From Blastocystis sp. ATCC 50177/Nand II (Eukaryota): a DNA stretch of 64,000 nt. Of this stretch, positions 37,602 to 50,803 are shown one piece after another (within the stretch, counting starts at the first letter, position 1; every line of letters starts with the position of its first letter). The notes beneath the pieces were generated by a model, which was not told where the DNA came from, did not search any database, and saw nothing but the letters and a program-made list of their open reading frames with translations. The translations under genes were made by a program, and so were the position numbers. The stretch is taken from assembly GCA_039096935.1 (NCBI GenBank), contig JBBPEE010000035.1:620001-684000 (forward strand), given 5' to 3'.

Positions 37602-38763
37602 TCATATGACTACAGCTGCCGCCTTGGGCTCCTCCGGCGTCATCTCGCTCACGCTGGGCAGCCGCACGGAGGAGGACGGCTGCGAGATGGAGTCCAGCTT
37701 CTGCGCCGCCGTCATGATCGCGTTGAAGCCGGAGGGAATCAGGCCGCCTCGCCCATTCACGCGCTCGCGTCCACCCTCCTCCGGCTCCGTGAACAGCGCG
37801 TCCGACAGGCGCACGCTCAGCGCCTCCTCGATCACGTCCTTCGGGATCTTCCTGACGCTGAGGCCCCACCCTCGCCCTTACGCCGCGATGAAGGTGCGGA
37901 TCAGCTGATTGCCGATCTTCGCGTCCAATTTGTTGATGTCGTCGTAGCCCAGCTCCGTCAGCACCGCGTCGGAGCTCTTTAGGGAGTACGGCTTGTTGAT
38001 CTTGATGTACACTTCATTGCTCGTGGCGTCCGTCTCCATCAGCATGCGCGACGTGCAGTCCGTCGACAGGACCAGAATCGGGAGTTGGAACTCGCCCAGC
38101 TCTATCCGTCAGGGAACGATGCGGACATCACCGTCCACGCGCTGTTCGGTAGTGCGCGCCTGTGCGGGAGAGCTGTGTGCAACAGGCCCCTCTACGCATG
38201 ACATCGAGTGGGCAGAACGACCGAAGGATTGCGAGTACATCGTTGCGCCGGGACCGCGGGAGAGACTCAGCTGACGAAGGTACTCCATGCCGACCGCCTA
38301 TCCGTGAAACCATAGCACCACAATTGCCCTTCGGATCAGGCGAATCAGAGACGTTCTCTTGTCCGCGTAGATCTTCTGCAGTTTGATCATAATCTACTCT
38401 TTACTCTCCCAGGACAGCAGAACCGGCTCCGAATCGGAGGCGACGGGCAGCTGCGGCCTTCCCACCCACACGTATGTCTTTCCCCGTTTCTCGGCAAGCC
38501 CGATGGCGTTGATGACGCTCAGCGCGTCGTATACACGTCTTCGAATGTTGTCGTTCTACGCGATGAGCGAAAGCAGCCAAGCAGCGACCTTCTTTGCATC
38601 TCCAGTGGTGTGCTCCTGCACCAGCGTCTCGGCAATCTACCCATCAGACGAAAACAGGCGAAGCAACATCTGTGTTTGACATTTCCTTCTCCCGCTCCAA
38701 TTTCTCGCAAACCAACTTCGTGAACGTTTGGAGACCACCGCCGCCAGATCGGTCGCGCTTCAT
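37602..38763 (-). CDS. TFDP: DP (E2F dimerisation partner) transcription factor
   Basis: 'GLQTFTKLVCEKLE..VAETLV..NIRRRVYDALSVINAIGLAEKRGKTYVWVG' matches the DP winged helix/DEF box. Confidence 0.8.
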
Positions 38764-39084
38764 CCGCTTTTCCGACGGGCGGCCGTAATGTCGTCTACGG
38801 TTATAGCAATGGGGAAACGAACTACATATCCAGGTCCTCCATGCCCTCCTCGTCTGAACCCATATATGCATCTACCAATCACCACGGTAGCGGGAACAAT
38901 CACCAGGATCGGTATCCTCCTGTTTCCGTTTACGCGATGTTGGTATTTGACTCATATCCGGTGACGACAACGCTGAAGCGGGATGCGATCACGAAAGGAG
39001 TGTTCAAAACGGAGTGGCAGAAAACCGACGCATTTCCAACAAAGAACGAAAGTGACAATAGTATAAAAGGTTCAGTTATATTAC

Positions 39085-39834
39085 TTAATGCTCCATTTCC
39101 TCGCGAGGAACAGGGTCAGGGAGGACCTTGCTCTTCTTAATCACACGATCGGCCAGAGTCGGACCCACGCCGTGATAGCCACGACTACACCTCACCGCCA
39201 CCCCACAGCACTACCAAGATTCAAGAATCGACGCCAGGGCGCCCACAAAGAACGTCAGCTTGAAGAAGTCGGGGACATTGCCGCGCTACCCATCATTCTC
39301 CTCTCCCTCGGCCTACAGCAAGACCGGCCACAGCACCGGCAGCAGCGCCGGACACGAAGTAGCCCCACCAGTCGTTCTTGTTGCGGATCGTGTACTACGT
39401 CTCATGCCCCACATCAATTGTTCACCATCCACGTGCCAAATCCTTCGTAGGCAGCGCCGCACAGAGAGAGGATGATCTACCCGATCACAGCGCCCACACA
39501 TCCCAAACGGCCGGACGAATGATCATCTTCGCGGAGCGAGCGAGCGTGGTCGGACGAACTATGCCTCACTTCCCTGCGCCTGCGCCCTCACTGTCAGGTC
39601 TGTAGGGAGGACGAACCCACACGGTGCTCACGCCTCCGAAGAAGGAGCCGATGGCAATGCCGGACCACTACGTCGTGAGGCGAGATACGCGCTTCCCACG
39701 AAACCGCGAGTGATTCTCCTCTTGTAGTCCTTATCGTCTGTAGGCTTCATCGTCGCCTTGAACTTTTCCCAAGCGCGCATTATGGTACGAATCGAAGGGA
39801 TCTTGAGCGTCTTCCCTCTCGCGCGTTCCGTCAT
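39085..39834 (-). CDS. Tim17/Tim22/Tim23-family (or NDUFA11-like) inner-membrane protein, about 7 short exons
   Basis: Spliced reading: 'SGIAIGSFFGG..ILSLCGAAYEGFG..YTIRNKNDWWGYFVSGAAAGAVAGLA..FFVGALASIL'. GxxxG helices and an R-x-K-x-D-x-W motif; TAA 39085-39087. Confidence 0.7.
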
Positions 39835-40009
39835 CGGCTCTCCTTCCTCATCAAGGAAGTGATTGTCTTGCTTGTTTTCGTTACACGCGCATCAGAAGAT
39901 GAAGAAAGAGATGATTTCATAGCAAGCACATCATAAGAAAAGAATAGAGGCGTTCTCCCAGCAAACCCATCATGAGAAGAAGAGTGAGCTGATTTCACAA
40001 CAAACACAC

Positions 40010-41580
40010 TTAAGCAGACTCCTCCGTGGGAATGGTGAGATCGAGATCGTGGCCGGTGATTCTCTTGTAGATGCTCAGCACGTCGTCAGCCACCGTCTCG
40101 AAATGGCTACGCCTCACACCCTCACACCTACACTCACCTCGTGGCATCGTAGGAGGTGGAGATGTAGCAGGAATCCTCCTTGCCGTCGGCGATAGGCTCG
40201 TACGTGTCGGACACCTCGTCGAAGCGCTCCAGCACGTCGCCCAGCAGATCGATGGCCGGCGCCAGCTCCGCCAGCGGGTCGGCGGTCTCCACGGTGGTGG
40301 AGGCAATCGCGATGTAGATGCCCTTGGCGCACACCGCGTGGTCGAAGGACACGCAGGACACGTAGATGTCTACGCCTCACGCCGTATGCAATATCATACC
40401 GGAGTTGCGCTTGGGGTATCCGGCGCGCTCCACCTGCTTGGTGGGGATGATGATCTGCGCGGACTTGGAGTCGCCCGTGCCGGCGATGGGGTGGTTCAGG
40501 AAGCAGATGGAGCGCACCACCTTGCCCGTCTCGCGCAGCATGTCGTCGGGGAAGTACGACGGGTCGCCCACCACGAAGTCGCAGGAGGCCGCCTCGCCGT
40601 TGGACACCACGCCCTTGATGTGCCCGTCGTCGTCGAACAGCAGCTCGTCGGGGTTGCGGTCCAGCATGAACACGCCGCCCTTGATGGCGCACAGGCGCGA
40701 GAAGCCCTCGGGCAACCCGCCCAGGCCGTACATCGGGTACAGGAACGGCGAGGACCCGTACTGGTTCAGCGAGTACCCGTACAGCTTCATCGCCTTCACC
40801 GTCTCCAGCGCCGGCTCGTCCAGATAGTCGTCGTTCAGGCGCAGCGCCATGGCGTGGCCCGTGAACTCCTGGCAGTTCTCGTCCAGGCCGTACTTCTTGT
40901 ACAGCTCGCGCATCGTCATGTGCATCAGCGGCACGTCCTTGTCCGCCGGCACGCCGTTCTCGCCCGGAATCTCCATCGGCAGCACGTTCGACAGGAAGCT
41001 GCGGTAGCGCATCTTCTGCATCAGCGACAGCAGCGGCGTGCTCAGCGCCTCCTGCGTCGTCGCGGGCATCTACCGCTCATGGGTGGGGAAATCACGCACC
41101 TTGCTCACCGTCTTGTTCTTGCCGTTGAATACGTAGCTTCCCTCGATCTGCTTGAAGTCCAGGTAGTTCGTCACCTTCGTCAGCAGCAGCATGTTCACCA
41201 GATTGCCGCACGCCATCAAAAACTTCGGGATCAGGTCCACGTTGGTGTCTCGGTTCTGGCCCAGCTTCGCAAACTCCTCCTGCGTGGGCTCTCGGTTCCT
41301 GAACTTCTTGAACAGGTTCTACAGCGTCATGCGCCATGCCGCAATCGCACCGTCAGATTGAGAGAGGCGCAGTCGCCACCGTAGTAGTCGTTGCGGTCGA
41401 GAACCAGCACCTACGTCGTAATGCGCAGGGATTCGGACAAACCTTCTTGCCCTCCGTGGCGAGCAGTCCGGCGACGATGCACTCCTTCAGTCCGGTGCCG
41501 AGGATAATCGCGTCGTACTTGCCATCAGCGAGAGCGGGGTACTCCGTTCCCAGAATTGTTACAGGCGGAATGGGCTCCAT
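40010..41580 (-). CDS. GDI: Rab GDP-dissociation inhibitor
   Basis: '[14 protein letters not shown]', 'DRNDYYGG', '[11 protein letters not shown]', '[26 protein letters not shown]', 'SYDATSHFET'. Confidence 0.95.
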
Positions 41581-41734
41581 TGTGGAATTGAAAAGAACAC
41601 AGAAATGGGTTGGATTGTGAAGATAGAGCGCGAATCATCCCAAGCGGACAGTGTGGGGCGCCTTGATCATCAAGCGGCGTTTCCAACGACCACTGCACGT
41701 GTGAAAAACAAAAGCAGAAACCCTCAGGGAAGAA

Positions 41735-43433
41735 TTACCTGTGCTTCGCAACGTTCGTCTCCGGAGAGATCCAGAAGGCGAGCGTCGTGGTGAGAAGACC
41801 GATGATGCCGAGAATCTGGATGTGATTGCTTTATATTAGACTTACGATAAACGTCAAGTAGGGATTGACAATCACTCCGTGCGGCTGCTTCAACGTCCAG
41901 GAACACAGCAAGGAGAAGAGCACAGGGCCCTACGATTCACGGAACGGAAGGGAGATAACGATGCATCGGGTGACACAGGCAATTGTTTCGCTAATGCCCA
42001 TGATCGCACCACGGACCTCGTGATAGGCAATATTGGCCGAAAGGACCATGATGGCACTGTGCGTTACGCAAAGATAGTTATACAACTTCATCATCAGCAT
42101 CATCGAGAAGAGATTCACGATGGTAAAGCAGGTCGCGAAGAAAAACATAACCTGTCCATCAGCCAGCAGCACGAAAACTACGGCAGTGGGTAGATGGATG
42201 GTCTCGCAGAGGAGAGGGTACAGTAGCGGCATGATGGAGGAGATGAGCATGGAAATGCCAAAAATGGTCCGGTAGAGAATGAGCTTATCCAGGTAAGGGA
42301 TTAACAGAGGAAGCATGAGTTGGAAGGGACTGGCGATGCTGGAGAGGAGGGAAGCCTGCTCGCTGTCCAAACTCATGCCGTAGTGCGGGATGGGACTCGT
42401 GATGGCAACGGAGAAGATGGTGAGGAAGGAGAAGGACACCAGACTGATCAGGGCTAATCATGACGAGGCAAAGAAAGAGACACCGTAGGCCGTCATGATG
42501 AGAATCGCATCCTTCGTGCGCAAGCACTCCCACAGCGGGGAAGTGGACTTCTCGGTAGGAACGGACATTTCGAGATCCTCCGCGAGGAGAGGCGAGGAGA
42601 CGCTGCGAATGAAGGAGTCTCTGAAGCCGAGTTTGGAAGAGTGGACCCGCTTCTTGCGAGGAAGAGTCTCCTCCGTCCAGATGAGAACGACGATGATTAC
42701 GAGGATGAATAGGATAGCGCAGATGACCAGCGGCGTGGCGTAGGGGAACTAGGCTGAGAGTGGAAGAGAGGCAATACGCGCTTGAGAATGGGGAAAAGAC
42801 GGATCAGAGCGGGAATGTTCTCCTCCTTGCTGAGGAAGCCACCCAGCGTGGGTCCGATAATGCTACCATGAAGAGAGAGCAATAGACGTACCCTCCAATC
42901 GCGCCTCCGACGAAGAACAGGCTGGACACGAAGCCGATGGTCTCTGGTGTGGAGACCTCCGTCTGGATGGTTTTGCACACGGGAATGGTGCCATCGAGCA
43001 GACCCGTGAAAAAGCGGATGACCATGGCCATCTTCACACTGTCGCAGAAGCCAAACACCGTGTTGCAAATGACGTTCACTACAGTCAACTCCAAAACACG
43101 GGAATACTCATGAGAGTGAGAATAAGAGCCGGCTTCCTTCCAATTCGGTCCGCCAGCATGCCCCACATGATACCGCCAAAGGTCTGGCCGATAAAGAAGA
43201 CGGCCGTGATGATGGCGGTATACGTCGTGATGACACTCTCATCCAGCTAGGAATAAATCCGCTCCATCCGGCCAAACGTGTTCCTTGTACGAGCGGAGGA
43301 TAAACGGCATGTTCGGCATGAACATCGACGTTAGCATCGTCCAGACGATGGAAAGTGCGATGCAGGACATGATGGTGCCCCTATGCTTGTTCTGTTTCAC
43401 GGTTTCTCCATTTGTTTGCGTAGATTCAACCAT
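41735..43433 (-). CDS. MFS transporter (ZIFL/MFSD10/TetA-like)
   Basis: Multiple hydrophobic helices, 'MWGMLADRIGRKP' (motif A), 'IRFFTGLLDG', 'IIGPTLGGFL'. Confidence 0.82.
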
Positions 43434-43699
43434 TCTCGGTTATATGCTAGGGGATGTATCGAAGAAGCGTTTACGGTGAGAGATCTCCAATTTGTTGGAA
43501 AAGAATGAACTTACCTCCTCGACACAGAAACACACGGAGAAAGTGACCGAGAGCGGTTATTTCGTGTTTCTGGCGCCATTGTTTGTGATGATACAATTGT
43601 TCTTAGAATTCGGCGCTCTTCTGTTTTTGGAATCGGCAGAAAGAAGAGCACTTCGTGCCTTGTTCGTTGAAGAATCGCGTCTCAGCATCCTGCACTGAA

Positions 43700-46600
43700 A
43701 TGGAAGCGGAAGGAAGGGTTCCAAACGACAGTCGTGTCATGGAAGTTGGGTCAACGCGTAGAGGACGAATCGCATCCGATCCCAGTCGGCTTGGGCGTTC
43801 GCAAGAGGAAGATCGACATGACGAAGATTCATACGGTGGGCAAGGACAATCTGGACTCCACCTTCTCCGGAAGCACGCGCTCGCTGTTTGCTCTATTTCT
43901 GTTAATGATTTTGTAGATTATCCTCTCTGGGTGTGAAAGTCCTCGATTCGGAGGAGGTGGAGAGGAATATTATGGATCAGGCGAAGTCCCTGTCTGAACG
44001 AAGCGGTCCCGAGTATTTGGAGCGTGAGGGAAGGGATCCTTCTTCATCGTAGTGACGGAACTCTGCTCCTTCTCCCTTCCAACGACTTCTCTGAAGAACC
44101 TAAACCGACTCAGCATGCAGTACAAGGACCAGCTGCAAAAGACGTCATTCTCTTCGCAGCGGCTTTCTTCCGTCATGGACGATGTGTCGTTCGTGCGGTT
44201 GAAGCTTCGTGTTGTTTTGAACGAAGTCGAAAAGAGAGAGCACAAGAATGCGCAGAAGCGTACTGTCGTTGTCCGTCTCTCACATGAAGGGTTGTTGAGC
44301 GTCTCCTCAACGAGCGAGCCGAAGCGTCCGCGAACGGATGTGTCGAAGTACTGTTGATCGGCGCGCATTACGCTTAGCGCTTCGTCCCACTCTCTTCACG
44401 TGGCTCGTCTCTTTCAGAAGTCCCTCTCCTCTCAAAAGGAGGTGGCTGCTACGAAACAATTGGATGGTGGTGTTGAGGCGTCTTCCCAGGAGATGGAAGT
44501 GCCTTCACAGGAGAAAGAGGTGGAGAAGTCAGAGAAGGAAGCAGAGAAGGAAATGCCGTCACAAGAGAAGGTGATGGAGGTGGAGAAAGAAGCAGAGAAG
44601 GAAATGCCGTCACAAGAGAAGAAGGTGATGGAGGTGGAAGAGCCGGTGATGGAGATGGAGAAGCCAGTGAAGGAAGTGAAGAAGACAGCAAGAGACAACG
44701 AAAAGGAAGTGCCAAGAAGGAAGCCAACAACTTCCGAAGACGACGACTTGGACGTGGCCTGCCCCGTCTGCGGCGAGGCCTTCTCCGCTAACACCACGCT
44801 TCGCCAGCGCACGGCGCACGTGGAGGCCTGTCTGCGGCGAGCAAACACGCCCAATGCACCACCCGCCAAGCCGAAGAAGGCGGAAGAAGAAGACGGTCTG
44901 TGGGAAGAAGAGGAAACAACGCCCCACGCACCAGCCGGAGAGCGTGTGGACGTGGGCGGCGTGCACGGGCGGCGCGTGATCCACGACGACGGCGACGACG
45001 CGTACTACCGCAGCCTGCTCGCTTCCTATCTGGAGTGGCGCGCGGCGACCGGCTCCCCCGCGGGCGAGGCGCTGTGCGAGCAGTACCACCAGACCGCCGA
45101 CTCCATCTACGAGTGGCGTGCGTGCGGCCAGACGCCGAAGGCCGCGGCGGTGCAGGAGGCGCTGGATCGCTTCTACCGCGAAGAGCCGGCGGTGCTGCTG
45201 CCGTCGGGGTACGCGATGCTGCGGCACCTGTGGGAGGTGCTGTACCCGTACCAGCGCCGGGGCGTGGAGTGGGTGCTGGGGCTGCACGCGCAGGGCGTGG
45301 GCGGCATTGTGGCGGACGAGATGGGGCTGGGCAAGACGCTACAGATCGTGGCGGCGCTGGTGGCGCTGAAGTTCACGCAGGAGGCGATTCGGCGCGGGCG
45401 GAACCTGAGCTGTCTCCCGAAGGGGGAAGTGGAAGGTGCGGATGGAAGTGAAAGTGGAGGGAAAAGTGATAATGAGAATGGTGGGAAAAGTGATATTGAA
45501 AGTGGAGGGAATAGTGATATTGAAAGTGGAGGGAAAGATGGAGGGAAAAACACAGCAACAAACCCAAACACCCTGCAAAGCCAAGAAACGATCACCCACG
45601 CACACGCGACAGACACACCGGTGGACCTGAACACACGCCACCTCCCAAGCCTCCTCATCGTGCCGGCGACGCTGCTGGGCCACTGGCTGCGCGAGCTGCG
45701 CCACTGGTGCCCGCTGCTGCGGTCGGTGGTCATGCACTCCACCTCGCAGACCGTGGCGGACGGCGCGTCGCTGCGGTCGGTGCTACTGCAGTGCCGCGCG
45801 AAGCACCGCTACGACGTGATCATCACCACCTATGAAGGTATCCGCCTCTCGACGCTCTACACGAAGCAAGAGTGGTTCTACGCCATCCTGGACGAGGGCG
45901 GCAAGATCAAGAACGCGAAGGTGGGCGTCTCTCGCGCCTGCAAGCAGCTTCGCACCGTCCACCGCCTTCTCATCTCCGGCACGCCCCTGCAGAACAACCT
46001 GAAGGAGCTGTGGTCCCTCGTGGACTTCGTGTTCCCCGGCCGCCTGGGCACCATCGAGGCGTTCGTCAGCTCCTTCGTGGTGCCCATTTCCCGCGGGATC
46101 TACAGCAACGCCACGCGGCAGGCGTCGAGCCTGGGGTACCAGTGCTCGCTGATGCTGCAAGACAGCGTGAGCCCGTTCATCCTGCGGCGGCTGAAGAAGG
46201 ACGTGAAGAAGGAGCTGCCGCCGAAGACGGAGCAGGTGCTGTCGTGTTTGTTGTCACCACTGCAGGAGAAGAAGTACCTGGAGTACCTGCAGAGCGAGCA
46301 GGTGCAGTCGTCGCTGCTGGGCCGCGTGATGCCCTTCAAAGCCATCATTCGCCTGCGGCAGATCTGCAATCACCCTGTATTTTACCAGTCGCTGGCGAGA
46401 ATGGGGGCCGCAAGGGAGCGGGAGCCGCAGCCGACACGTTTGCGCCACGTGGAGGGCATGCTCTACCAGCCGGAGTACGAGAAGAAGGCGCGAAAGGAAG
46501 AGGAGGAGGAAGAAGAAGCGATCGACTATGACGCGGTGGACTGGCGCGAGTGGGCCCACGCATTGGAGGTGACGTGTAGGTCGAGCAAGATGCTGGTGAT

Positions 46601-47885
46601 GAACGAGGTGCTGCACCTGTGGAAGAAGGAGGGTCACAAGGTGCTGGTGTACACGCAGACCGTATCGATGCTCAACATCATCGAGCGCTACGCGAAGGAG
46701 CAGGGCTTCTCCTTCTGCCGCATGGACGGCAGCACGCCCATCGTGAAGCGGCAGGCGCTGGTGGACCTGTTCAACGGCCGCGCGGACGTCTTCCTCTTCC
46801 TGCTCACCACGCGCGTGGGCGGGCTGGGCATCAACCTGGTGGGCGCCGACCGCGTGATCCTGTTCGACCCGGACTGGAACCCGTCGGTGGACATCCAGGC
46901 GCGGGAGCGATGCTGGCGAATCGGGCAGCGCAGGCCGGTGACGGTGTATCGGCTGATCACGAGCGGAACGATCGAGGAGAAGATCTACCATCGGCAGATC
47001 TTCAAGACGGTGTTGTCGAACCGCGTGCTGGGCGAGGGCAACGACCTGTGCTCGTTCACCAGCACAAACCTGAACGACTTGTTCTCGTACGGTGGGCGTG
47101 GGGGGTGGGTGTGAGGCGTAGTGAAGAGACCGAAGGGAACGGAGACGGGCGAGATCTTCCCGCAGGGACAGATCCTGGAGGAGGACTTGGAGGAGGAGGA
47201 CGAGGCGGAGGACGACAAGAAGGTGATCGCGTGCCTGTTCAACCACGGCGAGCTGAAGTCGGTGTTCAATCACGAGTACGCCTTCAACAACACGGACCTG
47301 GTGACCGTGTCGCGACTCGACCGCGAGGCGCGCGAGGAGGCGGAGGTGCTGCAGGAGCGACTGCGCGAGAGCCGGCAGCAGTACATGTGGAGATGGGGAT
47401 AGAGGGTGAGCGGTAGAGAAGAAAACCCGATCATGAGCGAGGTGGGGCGAGAACGCTTCGGCGAGGGGTCGGCGAAGGAGCGCGAGGCGGTGAGGGAGAG
47501 GGCAAGGAGTGAGGGGTAGAAGATGTCTTCGGCGATGATCCTGAAGAGGCTGAAGGAGCGAAAAAGTGGGGGTGTTGGGGGAGGATGAGATGAAGGTGTG
47601 TCGTCAGAGAATCAGACTGCCGTGTCCGAGTCGCATGTATCGGTAGGAGAGGGAGTACGGGACGAGGCGTAGCTGGCGAATCAGATCCTTCACTACTTCC
47701 GCGTGCGGAAGGACCACCGAGCGTCAACGGACAGCGTGCTTTCCTTTTTCAAGGGGTGCGCGTGTGGATGCGGAGTGATGGGTAGTCAGATCAAGAATCA
47801 GGACAAGTACTTGTTCCGGCGTCTCTTGAAGGGATTTGCCACGTACAAGGACGACATCTGGACGCTGAGGAAGGAATGGTTGTAA
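43700..47885 (+). CDS. ERCC6: ERCC6/CSB/Rad26-type SNF2 translocase
   Basis: 'GGIVADEMGLGKT', 'SGTPLQNNLKELWSLVDFVFPGRLG', 'LLTTRVGGLGINL', CSB-like 'QARERCWRIGQ', winged-helix-like end 'FRRLLK..WTLRKEWL*'. Linkage of the exons upstream of ~44400 is uncertain. Confidence 0.88.
44498..44680 (+). repeat. Imperfect coding tandem repeats (EKEAEKEMPSQEK; VMEVEK)
   Basis: Duplicated GCAGAGAAGGAAATGCCGTCACAAGAGAAG blocks visible at about 44541 and 44592. Confidence 0.8.
45447..45547 (+). repeat. 24-bp tandem repeat, about 4 copies, encoding ESGGKSDI-like units in ERCC6
   Basis: GAAAGTGGAGGGAAAAGTGATATT-like units between helicase motifs I and Ia. Confidence 0.8.
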
Positions 47886-47944
47886 TATGATTGTGTTTGT
47901 GAGAAAGCCAAATCCCCGCTTTAGCAAGTGTGCATTTTTCTTCA

Positions 47945-49615
47945 ATGCTATCTCGTTTTTCGCAAGTTCGTGACGTGCAAAGTGGATAACCGCTGTAGTC
48001 TATTCTGAATCGCACAGCGCCCCTCGCAAGATCCTTTTCCCTTGTACCCCCCGTCAAAGGAGTGCATCACGGAGTAGCTTGCGGAGAATCAAATGGCGTA
48101 CATCAACGGCGAGTGGCTCCACGACGGGGAGACCTTCAATGTGAAGAGTCATTCTGTCATGCGCGCATAACGCCCTAGATCCCGCTACCGGAGAGGTCAT
48201 TCGCAGCGTCATGAATTGCAACAAAGATCAGGCCGTGTTCGCCATTGAGTCCGCGAAGAAGGCCTTTCCGGCGTGGAGCCAGATGAACCTCACTGTACGT
48301 ACCACACATTCCCCTTGAGCATAGGATCGAAGCGAAATCCTTCGTCGTCTATACGATCTTTTAATCGAGAATCGCGAAGAGCTTGCTCGCGTGATGACGA
48401 TGGAGAGCGGCAAGCCCATTCGCGAGTCCCGCGGCGAGGTGCAGTACGGAGCCAATTTCGTGCGCTGGTTCGCGGAGGAGGCCAAGCACGTCCGCGGGCA
48501 GACCATCACGTCGCACGCCACGCCGGAGTCCCGCCAGCTGATGACCGTCCTGCAGCCGGTGGGCGTGGTGGGCTTCATCTCCTCGTGGAACTTCCCCATC
48601 GCGATGATCACGCGCAAGATGGCTGCGGCGCTCTCCGTGGGCTGCACGAGCGTCCTGAAGCCGCCCAGCGCCACGCCCATCTCGGCGCTGAACCTGGCGG
48701 CGCTGGCGGAGCGGGCGGGCGTGCCGAAGGGCGTGTTCAACGTGGTGTGCTGCACGTCGGCGAACGGGAAGGGCGTGGGCAAGGCGCTGCTGGAGTCGAA
48801 GGACGTGCGGTCGTTGTCGTTCACGGGCTCCACGTCGGTGGGGCAGTACTTGTACCGCGAGTCGGCGGCGACGATGAAGAAGCTGGGCCTGGAGCTGGGC
48901 GGCAACGCGCCGTTCATCGTGTTCGACGACTGCAACCTGGAGGACGCCGTGGTGGGTGCGATCGCGTCGAAGTTCCGAAACTCGGGACAGACGTGTATCT
49001 GCGCGAACCGCGTGCTGGTGCAGGAGGGCGTGTACGAGGCGTTCGTGGCGAAGCTGGTGGAGCGCGTGCGTGCGATGAAGGTGAGCAACGGGCTGGAGGA
49101 GGACTGCGACATTGGCCCGCTGATCAACCAGGCGGCGATCGACAGCTGTCGGGAGAAGGTGGAGGACGCCGTGGCGAAGGGCGCGCGCGTGGAGTGCGGT
49201 GGGAAGAGCCACGCGCTGGGCGGGCTGTTCTACGAGCCGACGGTGCTGACGCATGTGGACCGTTCGATGAAGGTGTTCACAGAGGAGAGTTTCGCGCCCA
49301 TCGCGCCGATGTGAGGGAGGTGAGATGGGGTGAGCGGTAGATTCTCGTTCAAGACGGAGGCGGAGGCGATCGAGATGGCGAACGACACGGACGCGGGCCT
49401 GGCCTCCTACGTGTTCAGCCGCGACGTGGGGCGTTGCATGCGCGTGGCGCGCGGACTGCAGTACGGCATCGTGGGTGTGAACGAGGCAGTGCCCAGCGCT
49501 GCGGAGGCGCCGTTCGGCGGTGTGAAGATGAGCGGACTGGGAAGGGAGGGCGGCGCCTCGGGACTGATGGAGTACTTGGAGGAGAAGTACATTTGCTTGG
49601 GAGGACTGGACCATT
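47945..49615 (+). CDS. gabD: Succinate-semialdehyde dehydrogenase-like ALDH with predicted mitochondrial/MRO presequence
   Basis: 'AYINGEW', '[11 protein letters not shown]', 'SFTGSTSVG', '[12 protein letters not shown]', '[14 protein letters not shown]', '[14 protein letters not shown]'. Stop predicted from poly(A) at T49615. Confidence 0.9.
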
Positions 49616-49765
49616 GCTGTGTTTGTGCGAGAAACAGGCGAACAACAAAGCGGGTGAGAGAAAGGAGCATGAAACAGAGGAACAATGGCTTGTGAAAGAA
49701 ACAGGAACAATGAAGCGGGTAAATGAAAGCCGGTGAGAGAAAGAAATACAGGATACAGAAACGCG

Positions 49766-50803
49766 CTACACGGTGCTATTGGCGGCGTTGTTCTGCCGAT
49801 CGTCGCGCGCCTCGTTCCACATCTGCGCGTAGAGCCGCACGTCCTACTCTTTATCCCCGCACGCGTCGCCCACCTGCTTCTTCGCCAGATACTCCATGAA
49901 GGGAATGATCTCGATCAGCTCCCTGTCGTCCTTGTTGTCGATGAACGGCACGCACTCGATTCCGTTCTTCGGCTGGAACTTGTAGCTCGTTGCGGAGTTG
50001 TCAATCATCACCACAGAATTCAGATCGCGACCCAAAAGACCCAAATCCTTCACGAAGATGCCCTCGGAGCACACGCAGTGGTCTCTAAAAAGACGTGCCG
50101 CGATCTTGTGGTCCTTGTCCATCATGTCGAGAAGAGGATCCGCGTACTACGGGTTAGCAGCGCGGCGATGCATCACGATGCGCAGACTCGCGGTGTAAAC
50201 AACCACTTCGTAGATCTCGCTCATCCGGCTTATGAACTCCAGGGCGCCCGGACGCAGGTACACGTACACATTGTACACATTCCCCTCGATCTCAACGGGG
50301 ATCACATACTGGCAGTCGTCGACGCACTGAAACGTAGAGTGCACAAGGGTTTCGTCCAAGTCCAGGACAAGTGTCTTCTTGCCCCTGTCCTCTTCACGCT
50401 GCTCCCCCAAGAAGGGACTTGCCGGGATCTCGATCTCTCCCTCCGCCTCTCCGTCTCTGGGCGTGCCGACGGGTGACGTGGGCTCTTTGTACCCTTCATT
50501 GAAACCGGGGTCCTCAACCAGGCTGTCGCATATGCAGAAAAGATAGTAGTAGAGTCGTTTCCAAAACTACGGGTGATGAGCAAGCAACGCCACGACCCCG
50601 GGCTTCTCCTCCTTCACAACCAGTTCGCTCTCCTCGTTCACTTCCTCGATGACGGGCATACGATTACAGCGCAACGAGCCGTCCTTTTCCACGCAATACA
50701 CCGCATTCTGGAGCTTCTGCTCAGACAAGTCCTCCAGGGGCTTTGGAATGTGGATCGTCTCTGTTCGCGCGAATATAATAGGGTTTGATCCCCTCCTGTG
50801 CAT
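49766..50803 (-). CDS. SCP/CTDSP-like (NIF) HAD phosphatase
   Basis: 'KKTLVLDLDETLVHS', 'LRPG', 'YTASL', 'RLFRDHC', 'VKDLGLLGRDL', 'IDNS'. Start uncertain. Confidence 0.9.

Noticed and set aside
23568..49615. Functional clustering of MRO or trafficking genes
   Set aside because: The genes are interspersed with unrelated ones; consistent with chance in a compact genome.
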